Shown: positions 25,624-39,673 of the stretch, piece by piece
Numbering within the stretch: the stretch's first letter is position 1
How the letters are laid out: every line of letters begins with the position of its first letter
Source: Lama guanicoe
Lineage: Eukaryota
NCBI GenBank assembly: GCA_013239625.1
Contig: MU053454.1
Span: 1 to 64,000 of the forward strand
Length of the DNA stretch: 64,000 nucleotides
Direction of reading: 5' to 3'
Made by a program: the position numbers and the translations under genes
The notes under the pieces: generated by a model
What the model was told of the DNA's origin: nothing
The model's database searches: none
The model's input: only the letters and a program-made list of their open reading frames with translations

Positions 25624-27722
25624 GCATTTTGACATGGATTGAATTAGATCTGTAGATTACTTTTGGTAGTATGAACATTTTAACAATATTAATTCTTCCA
25701 ATCAATGAACACCAGATATCTTTCCATTTATTTATATTGTCTTCAATTTTACAGGTTTTCAGAGTAAGGTCTTTCATCTCCTTGGTTAAGTTTATCTCTA
25801 GATATTATATTATTTTTGATGTGATTATAAATAGATTTGTTTTCCTACTTTCTCTAATAGTTCATTATTAGTGTATAGAAAAACAACAGCTTTCTGTATA
25901 TAAATCTTGTATCTTGCAACTTTACTGAATTAGTTTATTAATTCTAATAGTTTTTTGGTGGCGACTTTAAGGTTCTGTATATATAGCATCATATCATCTG
26001 CAAATAGTGAGTTTTACTTCTGTTCCAATATAAATGCCTTTTATTTCTTTTTCTCATCTAATTGTTGTGGCCAGGACTCCATGACATTTTTCACAGAACT
26101 AGAACAAATAATCCTAAAATTTGTATGGAAGCACAAAAGACTCTGAATAGTCCAGGCAATTTTGAGGAAAAAAAATAGCAAAGTTGGAAGTATCAGATTT
26201 CCTTCAGAAAATACTACAGATTATACTATAGGCTTCAGACTATACTACAAAGTTACAGTGATCAAAACAGTATAGGGCTGGCACAAAACACACAGACTAA
26301 TGGAACAGAACAAAGAATCCAGACATAAACCCATGTACATATAGTCATTAACCTGTAACAAAAAAGGCCAAAATATACAATAAGGAAAAGTCTCTTCAAT
26401 AAGTGGTGTTGGAAAAACTGGACCATTACATGTAAAAGTGTGAGATTAGAACATTTTCTCTCACCATATGCAAAAATAAACTCAAAATGGATTAAAGATC
26501 TAAATATAAGACCAGAAACCATAAAACTCCTAAAAGAGAACATAGGCAGTATACTCTTTGACACAAGTCTTAGCACTATTTTTTTTTTTGGTCTGTTTTC
26601 TCAGGATAGAGAGACAAAAAGCAAAAAAAGTAAACAAATAGGGCCTAATTAAACTTAAAAGCTTTTGAAAAGGGAAGGAAACTATCAAAAAACAAAGGCA
26701 ATCTATTGAATGGGAGAAGATATTTTCAAATGGTATGTCTGATGAAGGGTTAACATTCCAAATATATAAAAAGCTCAACTCAATATCAAAAAAACAAAAA
26801 AATATGATTATGAAATGGGCAGAAGACCTAAAGAGATATTTTGACAAAGAAGACATACAGATGTTCAACAGGCACATGAAAAGATGCTCAATATTACTAA
26901 TTATCAAGGATATGCAAATCAAAACCACAATGAGACATTACCTCACATCAGTTGGAATGGCTGTCTTTAAAAAGACAAGTAACAAATGTTGGTGAGGATG
27001 TGGGAAAAGGGAGCACCTCATGCACTGTTGGCAGGAATGTAAATTGGTGCAGCCACTGTGGAAAACAGTATGGAGACTCCTTAAAAACTAAAAACAGAAC
27101 TACCATATGATCCAGCAATTCCACTCCTAGAAAACAAAAACACTAATTCAAAAAGATACATGCACTCTAATCTTCATAGTAGAATTATTTACAATAGCCA
27201 AGATATGGAAACAACCTAAGGGTCCATCAACAGATGACTAGATAAAGAAGATGTGTCACACACACACACACACACACGCGTGCGTACGCACACAGTGGAA
27301 TACTACTCGGCCATAAAAATGAAATTCTGTCAATGGCAACAATGTGGATAGACATAGACAGTATTATGCTAAGTGAGGTAATTCAGACAGAGAAAGAAAA
27401 GTACTGTGTTTTCTCTTATATGTGGAATATAAAAAAGAAAAGAAACAAACGAATATAATAAAACAGAAACAGACTCACAGATACAGAGAACAAACTAGTG
27501 TGGGGTGAGGTGAGAGGAGGAGCAAGATAGTGGAAGGGGATTAAGAGATACAAACTAGTAAGTTAAGATAAATAAGATAGGATATATTGTACAGCACTAG
27601 GAATATAGCCAATATTTTACAGTAACTTTCAATGAAGTATAATCTATAAAATACTGAATCACTGTATTATATACATGAAACTACTATGATACTGTAAATC
27701 AACTATACCTCAACAACAACAA
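25624..27722 (+). mobile_element. LINE-1 with 5' inversion (minus piece ~25624-26080, plus piece 26081-27722) and 11-bp TSD
   Basis: Minus ORF 25571-25777 ([27 protein letters not shown]) and plus ORFs 26440-26995 are adjacent parts of ORF2p. 3' UTR and A-rich tail present. TSD aaaatctttag at 25613-25623 and 27723-27733. Confidence 0.92.
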
Positions 27723-28974
27723 AAAATCTTTAGACAAGTATGCTTCGTAATAGTAAATGCTTTCATCTCACTTTTAAGAGATATTTTTTCCCCTCTGAGT
27801 AAATAATTGCTTGTCTGCCTTAGCTATCTATCAATGAGATTTGATTAGGAAGGGTATGCAAAAATAAGGCAGCCTTTCCCAAATATGCCCTTTTAAAAGC
27901 AACATAACCCTGATTACAGGGTTAAATATTTTATATATAGCATTTTAAATTTAAATATTTTAATAAATTTCCCCCCCAAAAAGTGTTAGTTGTTTCATTC
28001 AGAATAGCAACAATAAAAGTGATAATGATGATCAATAAAAACGCCAACTATTCATTACGGAATATTTATCTACTTTTATGGGTACATTACTGAAATTATC
28101 TCAATCCTTTCAAATATCCTATTAGATAAGAAAGGTGAAAAGATGAAATTTTAACTGTAAATGATTAATGTAAAATTATAAAATGGCATAGATACCAAGG
28201 TACTGAGGGAGAGCATCAGGTTTCAAACCCAAATCTATTTTCAATCAAGTGTACTAAAAGCCATGTTAGAAAATTAAGAAGCATTGTAGCAGTATGGGTG
28301 AAAACAGATTTTATAATTTCCCTTGCCTGGACTTTGATTTAAGCTCCAGCTCCATTACTTTCTATTGTGAAAAATAAATGGTAAAATTACGATAGAAACC
28401 ACCAATGTTTAATATTTAGGATTTTGGGGAGTGGGGGGCAAAGATAGCAACCCATGTGTAATAAGTGTAGCCCAACTGAGGAATTCATTAGAAGGTTTAC
28501 TGAAAGGAACTCAAGGACATAGGCTTACAGTCCACCACCTTTCACTATTTTATGTTATCTGCTTGATTCTCTGCTTCTGACCATTTGTTTGTTTCTTTCT
28601 TTCTTTCATGATTCAGCTCCTTACATTATGAGCCATGGCATCAGCTACCAGCAGGAAGCTGAGAGTATCCTTCTCTGATATTAAGTTCAACAATCTGCAG
28701 AAATCTCTGACTAGTCTAGTGTGGCTAAGTTACCTGCATCCCCCTTCTCCACCCAGTTCCAGTGGCCAATTGATTGGATTTTTTAAATAACACCTTTCAA
28801 TGGACCACATAGTATAAAAAATGATCTCCCTTAGAAGAAGGTATGTACTACTGCCCTAAGTACCTAAACATAACTTATTCAAAACACTACCTCTAAATAT
28901 TAATTTAAATAACATGTATAAACCACTTGCATGATTTATGGTATAGAAAACATAACTGTAAGCCAATTTCTTCT

Positions 28975-30145
28975 ATACAGGTTATATAACTTGGAAAAAA
29001 TTGGATATTCATATGCAGAGCAATGAAATTAAGACTCTTACTTTATACCATCTACAATAATTAACTCAAAAAAATTAAAGATGTAAATGTAAGATTTGAC
29101 ATAGGAAAATATTTCATCACATTGGATTTGGCATTGATTTCTTGAATATGACACCAAAACCAAAGGCAACAAAAGCAAAAACAGACAAATGGAATTACAT
29201 CAAATTTTAAAACTTCTCTGTAGCAAGGCAAACAAATCAACAGACAAATCAAATTTTAAAAAATCAACAAATCAACAATGACAAAAAAAAAAAAACAAAT
29301 CAAAAAACAACAAAAACAAATCAATAGACAACCAGCGGAATAGGAGAAAATATTTGCAAACTATACATGTAATAAAGGGTTAATGTCCATGATACATAAA
29401 TAACTCCTACAACTAAACAATCTTTAAAAATGCAATGTTACATTGGGCAAAGGACTCGAATAAACATTTCTTCAAAGAAGATAAATGGTGAACAAGCATA
29501 TAAATAAATGCTCATCATTAGGGAAAGACAAATCAAAAGACAATGAAATTTCACCTCTCACCTATTAGGATGGTTACTATAAAAAATGAAGAGTTAGCAA
29601 ATGTTGGCAAAGGTGTGAAAAAATTGGATAATTTGCGCAGTTGGAGGGAATTCAAAATGGTGCAGCCAGTCTGGGAAAAAGTATGAAGGTTTCTGAAAAA
29701 CTTCAAAATATAATTATCATATGATTTAGCAATCTCATTTCTTGGTATACATTCAAAATAACTGAAAACACGATCTCAAAGGGATATTTGCACACCCTTG
29801 TTCACTGCACAATTATTCAGAAAAGCCAAGAAAGTGGAAGCAACCCAAATGTCCATCAGAGAATGGAAAAAGAAAATATGGTATATACATAAAATGGAAA
29901 GCTATAAGCATATAGAAAATAGCAAAATGACAGAAGTAAGCTCCTCCTTATCAATAATTACTTAAAATGTAAATGAATTAAACTCTCCAAACAAAAGACA
30001 GAGACTGACAGAAGAGATTTTTAAAACTGTCAACCAATTACATACTATCTACAAGAGATTTATGTTAGATTGAAGGATATGCATAGCGTGAACGTAAAAA
30101 GATGGGGGAAAAAAGGTATTTCAAGCAAAAAGAAACCAAAAGAGA
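28975..30145 (+). mobile_element. Old L1 fragments: ORF2 C-terminal part (~28975-29900) joined to ORF2 N-terminal part (~29900-30145)
   Basis: gacaccaaaaccaaaggcaacaaaagc...gcaacccaaatgtccatca, then ttatcaataattacttaaaatgtaaatgaattaaactctccaaacaaaagacagagact (decayed SIITLNVNGLN endonuclease start). Confidence 0.85.
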
Positions 30146-31100
30146 GCACCAAAAGATCAAACAAACAGATCTTACGGAAAAAGATTCAGAAGACAAAGGA
30201 AACAATCCTGGAAAATAGGCATAATCTCCTACTGAAGAGGAAACTAAGGGGTAGAGGCTTGGGGCTGACTGTGCTGAAGCAAATGCTCCATTCCTGTAAG
30301 TCTTCCCTTTTCCCACTCAGCTCACCAACTGCCCAAATCTTCCTCCTACTACTAGACAACAGGTGCTTGATGGGGATGGGGAGTGGGTGGAGAAACAAAT
30401 CTTAAAAACAAACAAAATCTAATCAAAAGGCAAATCTGTATGAGAGAAGAAGGAATGCCAAAGATAAACAAAAATCTGATAAGGAGCTGAACTCCTATTT
30501 CTAGAACACTCTGGCTGGACTCCTGGAATTGCATCTTCACCACCCATGTGTCCCTACTCAGGCCCACCAGACCATGAACTCTGAGGGCAGCAACTCCACA
30601 CCATCTGTCTCTACCTCATGCCCCAAAGGTATGAAAAAAATACTGGCTGAGTAAATTAAGTTACTTCAGAGCAACTTCAAAGCAACATCCTAGAGCTGAC
30701 AAAAATATTTAAAGCCTAACTCATTTTTTTATTCAAAAAAGACAAACTGTTTTCAAAAGATGTCACTTAGCAAATAAAAATTTATCATATAGAAACTGGA
30801 AGCCAGTAACTACTGCCCTTGTCATGGTACAAAAGACAAATACAATTAAAAGTGCCAACCAACTGCCCCAAATATCCACAATTTGACTCTACTGACTCTA
30901 AAATATTATACTGTTCTAGTGAATCCTTTGTTGAATACTGAAGAAGCTGTCATAATGGCCTGGTCCAAATCAGATTAGCAGAGAATTAAGCCAAAACAAC
31001 AGAAGCTCGTTCAACTTTAACTGCCTAGTGAAGCAGTCTGTCAACTTTTGTTATTCTAACAGAAGCCCAGAACTGAAGATGAAGAGATCATCAGAGCTCT

Positions 31101-31398
31101 AAACAAACAAACTTATGGTTACCAGGAGAGGAAGGCAGTGGGAACGGATACACGGAGAGTTCGAGATTTGCAGATACTAATATATATATTTATTTATATA
31201 TATACACACACACACTAATATATATAAAACAGATAAAATAAGTTCATACTGTATAGCACAGGGAACTATATTCAATATCTTATAGTAACCTATGGTGAAA
31301 AAGAATATGAAAATGAATATATGTATGTTCATGTATGATTGAAGCATTATCCTGTACACTAGAAACTGACACATTGTAAATTTACTATACTTCAATAA

Positions 31399-31428
<30 letters not shown>
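31101..31428 (+). mobile_element. L1 3' UTR fragment followed by (TG)n microsatellite (31400-31428)
   Basis: aacaaacttatggttaccagg...gagatttgcagatactaa...gtatagcacagggaactatattcaatatc; same 3' end as 21190-21358. Confidence 0.88.
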
Positions 31429-31430
<2 letters not shown>

Positions 31431-31619
31431 ACAAGCGAAGAACCAGGTATGCACCTGGGTTCAAAAGGATCTGTGATCTGGCTGTCACCTGTGGAAGACT
31501 ACAGGTGTGAGAGACTGACAGAAATGTTCTGGCAAACCTGGGGGTTTGGGTGCTGGTCTGTTTTCTAAGAGCATTCTCAACTCCTACAGTAACGAATCTC
31601 CAGTAATTTCATTCCAGGT

Positions 31620-32065
31620 TCAGGATTAAGATTGTCTGGATTCAAATTTGACCCCAAGGAAATCTAGTTGTGTGACCTTGAGCAAGTTATTTAACTTCCC
31701 TGTGTCTCAGTGTTCTCATATGCAAAATGAGGGTAATCACCTCATTCTGATTATTACATGATAATTCAACGTACATAAAAAACTTAACATGGCCCTTGCC
31801 ATAGACAGTCCCTGAATAAATGTTGGCTATTATTTTATTACTATTGAGGAGTGAGAGGTGAGGTGGAGAGCTAAGATCAATCATGTCAATTAGAGCTTGA
31901 TTAGTAGCTGTTTCACTTTGAGCCAATTTCCTAACTTTCCTTGAGCTTCAGTTTCCTTAAAAATTAAATGAGGCTATTATCTACTTTTCACAATTGTTGT
32001 AAATAGCAACTGCAACTGTATTTGTAGACTCCTGACAGAAAGGAGGTATTCAATAAATGACAGTC
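31620..32065 (+). mobile_element. Two adjacent MIR SINEs
   Basis: MIR core tgtgtgaccttgagcaagttatttaacttccctgtgtctcagtgttctcatatgcaaaatgagg; second core ccttgagcttcagtttcctt...aaatgagg. Confidence 0.8.
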
Positions 32066-32083
32066 AAAAATTTTTAAATACTT

Positions 32084-32143
32084 ATGTGTATATATATATA
32101 TATATATGTGTATATATATATGTGTATATATATATATATATAT
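32084..32143. repeat. (TA)n/(TG) compound microsatellite
   Basis: Directly visible. Confidence 0.95.
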
Positions 32144-32389
32144 AGGTTTATATATTTTGGCTTTGTCATTATGAAGGTATGTTGGTCAAGAAAGAAAAAT
32201 AGTATATTTTAACAATTAGTGAGATGATCTGTAACTTTTAGATATTTAGACATTTTGAATATTTATAGTCTTCACAACCTAAGACTGCTAATGTTGGGTG
32301 GGCAGGTGGGGTGTTGTTGGTTGAAATAATTTTGCTAACTGAAAGCAATATTTAAATGTTAGCTGTTAAAATAAAACAGACATTTAACT

Positions 32390-32785
32390 AGTCTGTGTTT
32401 CTCAACATTTATTGCATAGAAAATCCACTGGAGAGTGTTTTTAAAAATACTAAAATCTAGGCCTTACCTCCCTTACCTCTCTGGATTCTGATTTTATCAG
32501 CTCAGAATGTGTTCAGAGATTTGGTATTTCTGGTTTAACTCTCTGGGTGATTAAAATTTGAATTCAGGATTTTGAGTCATTGGGCTAGGGACCAACCAGT
32601 GGTGTTCAAACATTAGTATGAATCAGAGTCACCTGGAAGGCAGGCTATTAAAATACACTTCGTTGGACCCTACTCTACAAGATTTTTTATTCACTAAGTC
32701 TGAAGTGGGGCCCAAAGTCACATTTCTACAAGTTCTCAGGTGTCCTTATGCTATTGGTCTGGGGACCACACTTTGAAGACCACAA
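32390..32785. mobile_element. Two MER5-family hAT-Charlie MITEs (~32390-32588 and 32597-32785)
   Basis: cagtggtgttcaaac...aatcagagtcacctggaagg...ggggcccaa...ttctacaagttctcaggtg...ggggaccacactttgaagaccac matches MER5A; the left copy is more diverged. Confidence 0.8.
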
Positions 32786-34416
32786 GACTGAATAAAGCTT
32801 AAACTTTTGAAAGTGACAGAATTTTTTTAATAGTTAAGAGATGCTACTGATATTCCCTACCCCCCAAAATGTACATATATAATATTATAAATAATTTTAC
32901 ACATTTCACAAATTTACTGAAGTTCATCCACTGATCTTCTAGGAGTTCAAACATTTGAGGTCACAACCCTTGATCTGAAGAATTTCTGATATTACCATCT
33001 ATTCTTCTAGCTCAACAATTCAATGTCACAATTAGCCTTTGGAAAATAATGCATTTTATTGTGAGTCAAAAATAAAACAATTAGACCAATACTGAAGAAA
33101 TTATATTGAAAAATAATGTGTCAAAATACACAAAATGCTGTTGGAGCTTTAGATTAAAAATTAGTATTATTCTCAGATTAGGTTTTTTCTTCCAAATGTA
33201 TACTTCAGCCTATTTTAGCACAGCAAGTAAGTTTAATCCTGTGATAAGTAAATTTAAAACTGTCTTCAAATTTTCTTGAATAAAACTCTAAACACTTCAT
33301 AGAGTGCTTATAATAATCTATTCCACACTTTAGTATTTTATACATTTTTGACTTATTTAACAATATTTATTGAGAGTCTGTTAGTTCCAGGCACTGTACT
33401 TGGTGCTGGAATGTCACAATGGAACCAACAGGCATTATTCTGGCCAACAGGAAACTTAATTTACAAGTGATTTTTGGCATGAAATGGTTTTTGGATTTCC
33501 AAACTCTTTTCACTATGTTTTTAAACTTGTACCAATAGCATAAACTCAGTCTTTTAAAAAATATTTCAGAAGATTTGCCCATGATTTTGCATTTTGATGT
33601 CAGTGGTAAATGAAGTTTGAACAAGTTAGTAATAGTAGCTGTTCAGTACCAAAAGAACACAAGATACAGAAAGATATTATAAACATTTGAAATATATTTT
33701 GGACTCCAGTGCTTTATAAATGGTATGTTAAATTCCATGCTGAGGTATCTTTTAACTTATGGAATCTAATTTTTTGGTTATTGAAATATATTCAACAATG
33801 GCAGGCATTACAAATACAGTATGGTAATAGATTTCAAGATAATCTGATCTACACAGAGGAGTCTCAGTAGTAAGGTTCAGCATGTTCAGCAAAATGTAAC
33901 TGCATAAAAAAATGCACCTGCTGATGTAGTGTTAATTAGATAGTCATGTTCTACATGTCACTGCTAGCTTCACTTCATAGCACTGCAGAAATTGCTACTT
34001 TTGAACTTGATAAATTTTTCTTTCCTCACTTAGCTTATAATTTCTTCCTAACTGCCTAGTTTCAGTATTACAAATCACTGTTGCCTGGTGTACTGACACT
34101 CTGATGGTTTGTTTTTTTTTCACTTTAGGAAGAACAAAGGCCTCATTTCATGTCAGATTCCTACATTTAAGTCAAATTGAGTCATTCAAAGGCAAACTGA
34201 AGATTATAAGCATTGTGAGAAATGCCAATATTAAAGTATATTTTTTCATTTTAATCTTTGCTGCTCCTCTAAATTTATGTAAAATGAATTTACAATTTAT
34301 TTTCTACACCTGGAAGAATGCCTAGACTATAGTAGGGTCATAATTTTTTAAATTTTACTTAAAATTATTTTAAAATCAATATTATTTTTATTTATTAGAA
34401 TATATAAATGAATAGA

Positions 34417-35130
34417 TGCAGAAATATTTTAAGGACAAATACAAACTAAAAATGAGACTTAATCCTCCCTGTGAAAATGAGGGAAGAGATTTCCTTCCCT
34501 GCCATTTTCTCAGAGCTTTTGCCTTAGAAAACTTGTAATTTTAAGTAATTTTTCATTTCTTTGAAATGTACCTAAATTCTTTTGAAGACTAGACAGGACT
34601 TTTGTCATCTGGTCTTTTGCAGTTTATAAACCAGGAATGACTTTCTCAAGGACCTGAACACCATCCCTTGGAAATGTAAACATTAAGGAAGATAGAGCCC
34701 CTATCTCCTGTATGCGGAAAGTAGGAACCTAACTCTAGTGGGTACGTTTCACCAAGATGCAAAACTGCCTCTTGTCATAAAGAAATAATAAGCCTATAGA
34801 TTAAGCCAATTAGCTAACACAGATGGTCACCTCTATTACCAGGTAAATTTAGGATGAAGGATGTGTGACAAATGGTGCTGTCAATTCCTCCTGTGTGAGG
34901 ATTAGTTATTATTTACCTTGAGAGCATGTATGTAATGGGTAATGTTTCCTTGGCTATGTAAATGGTTGAGGTTTTGCTCTGTCTTTGCAATCTCTTAGCA
35001 GACTGCCTGTGATGTATATCCCGTTCTCCTTTACTGTGTATTCAGTAATAAAAGTGTTTTCTTTCTCTACTACCTTTGTGGAGAGGATTTCTGGAGTGGA
35101 AGATTTCATTTTTAATTATTTTCCTTCACA
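34417..35130 (+). mobile_element. ERV1 (MER4-group-like) solo LTR
   Basis: ctttctcaaggacctgaacaccatcccttggaaatgtaaacattaaggaagatagagcccctatctcc, AATAAA near 35046, ends ...ttccttcaca. Left boundary uncertain. Confidence 0.7.
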
Positions 35131-38100
35131 ATTTTTAGTACAAGCAAAAGTATCTCCTTTGATATTTATAACCTACAGTTTATAAAAGAAAGTTCTAGTA
35201 TAGCACCTGTGATACTTTTATGACCTAAGGGCCCTAATGTGAGTCTTAAAGAATAAGGTGACAGTTAAAGCCCTGCATACTGTACACAGGAGAATTTCTC
35301 ATAACCAGTGACCTTGTTTATATATTTGATCAAGAGCAAGCTACTTTAAGACAGATGCATTAATCCCAAATTCTTTCGCCAATGTCTTTGCACCTTAACT
35401 TTTTAAATTATCATTAATCCCACTACAAAGTTTATATGAACTGAGATGAACTATGTTGCTAAACCAAAACTAAATTAAATTAAATAATAAATACAAATGA
35501 AAGGACTTCTGGGAACATTTTCTAAAGGCTTACATGCTCAATGAAAAAAAGGCAGCCTCTTAATAGGTTTAGGCAGAATAAAGGCAAACAACAAAGGAGA
35601 CCAGACCAGACTTCAGAGTATGGCTACCAGAGCATGGCTACCAGAAATAGCAAGAAGTTCTGCCTTAGGAACTTAGAAACAGACTGATTTGCCTTCTTTA
35701 AATTCTTCCCCTAAATTTATGAAAAACTGCTGCCTCAGCTTGGCACTAAAGAAAACTTTTAAACATCTAAATTTGACTGAGAAATACATCAGAATGAATA
35801 TAGCCCATGTATTAAGCCCTGGAATTCAGAGCAGCAACCACATTATCAAACTTCTTATTTGTGTATGTGCAATCTTACAACTTTTTAAAAAATTATATAC
35901 AAATATTATTATTTATTCATTCTAATTTACTCCTCCATAAATTCCCAGAGTGAAAAAGATAAATTTAGATAATATCACTATGGAACAGAACCAACAGTTA
36001 TTTATGTTTAAATACTATCAATGGAGTGGAGTAACAAATGTCCATGATACTAAAGTAAAACTGAAAGCAAGGGGGGAAAAAAAATAAGAGGATGTAAGTT
36101 TTCCAGAGCCTTTCACAACTGAGCCATGAGCTTTCCTTACAATGTTCTTTCAAACATCACCACTTTATTCTCTTTATGGTTCAAGTAAACCAAAGTATTT
36201 GGTGGTTTAAAATACATACCGCATGTTTTTATTTTGTACTTTAGTATATTATCTCTCTTCAAATGGATGCCCTTCTCCCATCTCCAAATATTAAAATAAT
36301 ATCTCTCTGTATTTACACCTTTATTACAAAATCTATTTATATATATACATGTTTGTATATGTTAGTGCTTTACATTCCCTATGATACTATAAATCCTTGC
36401 AAGCAGAATCTGGGATTTGTTTCCCTTTACTTTCTTCAGAAAAACAAGAGAGGGAGAACAGAACGGAGACCGAGATGAATTGCATATGTGATGCCTCAAA
36501 TGATATCAACTTAACATTTTTCTAACTCAAGATTCAAGAAAAAAACATGATACTGTAATTGTTTTTACTTCACATAATTATATTCAGATATGCAAACCAT
36601 TTCTTATCACAGTCATGGATTACCATGCAAATTTTTTCCTAGTATGCTTCAGAACCTTGTAGTAGGCAGTGGCTGTTTTATGATTATTAACATAACACAT
36701 AATATTTTATTATGATCATGACAGATTAATTGCAAAAGCCAAGGCAGTAATTTTTCTACTGAAATTATTATGAATTGTAAAAATTGTTTTTCAACATATT
36801 AAATTAAATGAAAGATGAAAAACTTTAGCTTTGTCCACCAGACAGTGGAAATGAGGATGAGGGACTAAAATTCCATATTATGTTTTATTGAATTGGTTGA
36901 GTTAAAGGTCTTTTTCGTTTGTGCTAATAAATATACTCTTTTTTATGAATTCAAACAAAAAAAGTCAATGTTTAAAGTTTAGATATAACGATGGCCCAAA
37001 ACCCTTTTCAGAGTTTAGAGACTTCTGAATTGCGAGACCACTTCAAAAAGTTTAGTAAGAGAATCTCTAAAAATCACACCTGAAAGCTAGTATTTTTCAA
37101 ATATTTTTTCTGAGAATACACAATTTAAGTTTACGCCATTAGCAAAAATTACTACGAACTTTTTTTAAACTTCTGTATTTTCAATAAACAAGGAGAAAAA
37201 CGATAAATGAAATGGCTTAATAGCAAATGGGAAACTGTATTTTAATAAAACAGTCAAAATATAAGAAAACAACATGGCTAAAAAGTGTTTTTATTTTAAA
37301 AAACCATAGGAAGATTTCTAGGGACTAGTATGCTAAGTATACATAAATATTTGGTTATCTACTCCACTCCCACCCTAGAAATACTCTTTCAAGGAAATGA
37401 TATACTAAATTTTAAAATAGGAGTAACTCTGCACTAGCTATGGAAATTGACAAAGATACCAAAATAACAACACTTCAATAATGTTCAATAATATTTTGGT
37501 AGACAGGAGGTATACCAACCAATATATTTCATGCTGTGGTGAGCATGGACTAGAGGCAGAATTGGTCTCTAAGTTCCATTTAAAGCCTATATTAGGCTTT
37601 GAAAAGTAATATAATCTGAGAGTGATACTGGCTGCAGAGCATAGTAAATTCCAAAGAAACAAAAAACAAAACACTATTACATCCTTAAGTCTGTTTGGTT
37701 GATTTTTACTTGCAACCATTTGGGTTCTACCTGAAAGAATCAGCTATTCTAGACAGAGAGCCAAAGACAGTGAGAGAGGGAGTAGCAGGGGTGCAGTGCA
37801 CTGAAAGACGTGATAAATAAAGGGAGCACAGGTCTCCACTGACAAGAAGATTGGAATTGATGTCCAGCAATATTAGACAAGAAACTTTAATAGCAGTTTT
37901 AATGATGGAGATAAAGCAGATCTATCATTACTGGCAGATGACAAAACTGTCAAACTGCGAGGCTAGGCTGAAAAACGGTTATAAATACTAAGAGAACTCA
38001 ATAAGATCACAGAATAAAGTACACAGAACATAGAGCTTATGTATAAATAAATAGTAAGCAACTTGATAATTTTTCCGCCTCTATTGAGATGATTACCAAA

Positions 38101-38413
38101 ACAGGATTAGTTAACACTACTATTTCCTCACATAATTACCAATTAATTTCGGACTGAGAACACTCATGATTTACTCCCTTAACAGCTTTCAAGTAAATAA
38201 TATAGTATTGTTGATTACAGTCACCATGCTGTACATTTGATTCCCAGAATTTACTCATCTTATATCTGCAACTTGGCACCCTTTGACTAACAACTTTCTA
38301 TTTCCCACACCCTCCAGCCTCTGGCAACCACGACTTAATAATACCTATTTCTGTAAATTCAGTTGTTTTAGACTCCACATATGAATGAGAACATACAGTA
38401 TTTGTCTGTCTCT

Positions 38414-39673
38414 ATTTCTTTTTTATTTAATTGAGTTATAGTCAGTTTACAATGTTGTGTCAGTTTCCAGTGTACAGCAAAATTTTTCAGTCATACATGA
38501 ATATACATATTCATTGTCACATTCTTTTTCACCATAAGCTACCACAAGATCTTGCATATATTTCCCTGTGCTATACAGTATAATCTTGTTTACCTATTCT
38601 ACATATACCTGTCAGTATCTCCGAATTTTGAACTCCCAGTCTGTCCCTTCCCACCACCATCCCCCTTGGCAAACACAAGTTTGTATTCTGTGTCTATGAG
38701 TCTGTTTCTGTTTTGTANNNNNNNNNNNNNNNNNNNNNNNNNNNNNNNNNNNNNNNNNNNNNNNNNNNNNNNNNNNNNNNNNNNNNNNNNNNNNNNNNNN
38801 NNNNNNNNNNNNNNNNNNNNNNNNNNNNNNNNNNNNNNNNNNNNNNNNNNNNNNNNNNNNNNNNNNNNNNNNNNNNNNNNNNNNNNNNNNNNNNATGTTG
38901 CTACGCATTATGTTGTCATTTTTTACAGCTGAATAGTATTCCATTGTATAAATATACTAACTCTTCTTTATCCAGTCATCTATCTGTCAATGGACATTTA
39001 GGCTGTTTCCATGTCTTGGCTATTGTATATAGTGCTGCTATGAACACTGGGGTGCAGGTGTCTTTTTGAAGTAGGGTTCCTTCTAGATGTATGCCAAGGA
39101 GTGGGATTACTGGGTCATATGCTAAGTCTATTCCCAGTCTTTTGAGGAATCTCCATACTGTTTTCCACAGTGGCTGCACCAAACTGCATTCCCACCAGCA
39201 GTGAAGGAGGGTTCCCTTTTCTCCACAGCCTCTCCAGCATTTGTTATTTGTGGACTTTTGAGTGACAGCCATTCTGACTGGTGTGAGGTGATACCTCATT
39301 GTAGTTTTGATTTTGCATTTCTCTGATAATTAGTGATACAGAGCATTTTTTCATGTCCCTATTAATCATTTGTATTTCTTCACTGAAGAATTGCTTGTTT
39401 AGATCTTCTGTCCATTTTTAGATTAGGGTTTTTTTTTTCTTATTAAGTCATATGAGCTGTGTATATATTCTGGAGGTCAAGCCTTTGTCAGTTTCATCTT
39501 TTGCAAAAATTTTCTCCCATTCCATAGGTTACCATTTTGTTTTGCTTATGGTTTCCTTTGCTGTGCAAAAGCTTCTAAGTTTAATTAGGTCCCATTTGTC
39601 TATTATTGCTTTTATTTCTATTGCTTGAGTAGACTGCCCTAGGAGAACATTGCTAAGACGTATGTGAGATACT
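38414..39673 (-). mobile_element. Young LINE-1 3' portion nested in the older L1
   Basis: ORF 38976-39299 [11 protein letters not shown]...[18 protein letters not shown]...; 3' UTR closely matches the copies at 13560 and 53172. Confidence 0.93.
38718..38894. other. Assembly gap (177 N)
   Basis: Run of N at the position where the other L1 copies carry a poly-T tract. Confidence 1.

Noticed and set aside
27906..27925. Hairpin taaccctg-atta-cagggtta
   Set aside because: An 8-bp stem is expected by chance in 64 kb of AT-rich DNA.
35619..35646. Direct repeat atggctaccaga x2
   Set aside because: Ordinary short slippage duplication with no further structure.
38718..38894. Hidden insertion in the gap (177 N versus roughly 130 bp in the 3982 copy)
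   Set aside because: Gap sizes are estimates and the poly-T tract varies; no sequence evidence.
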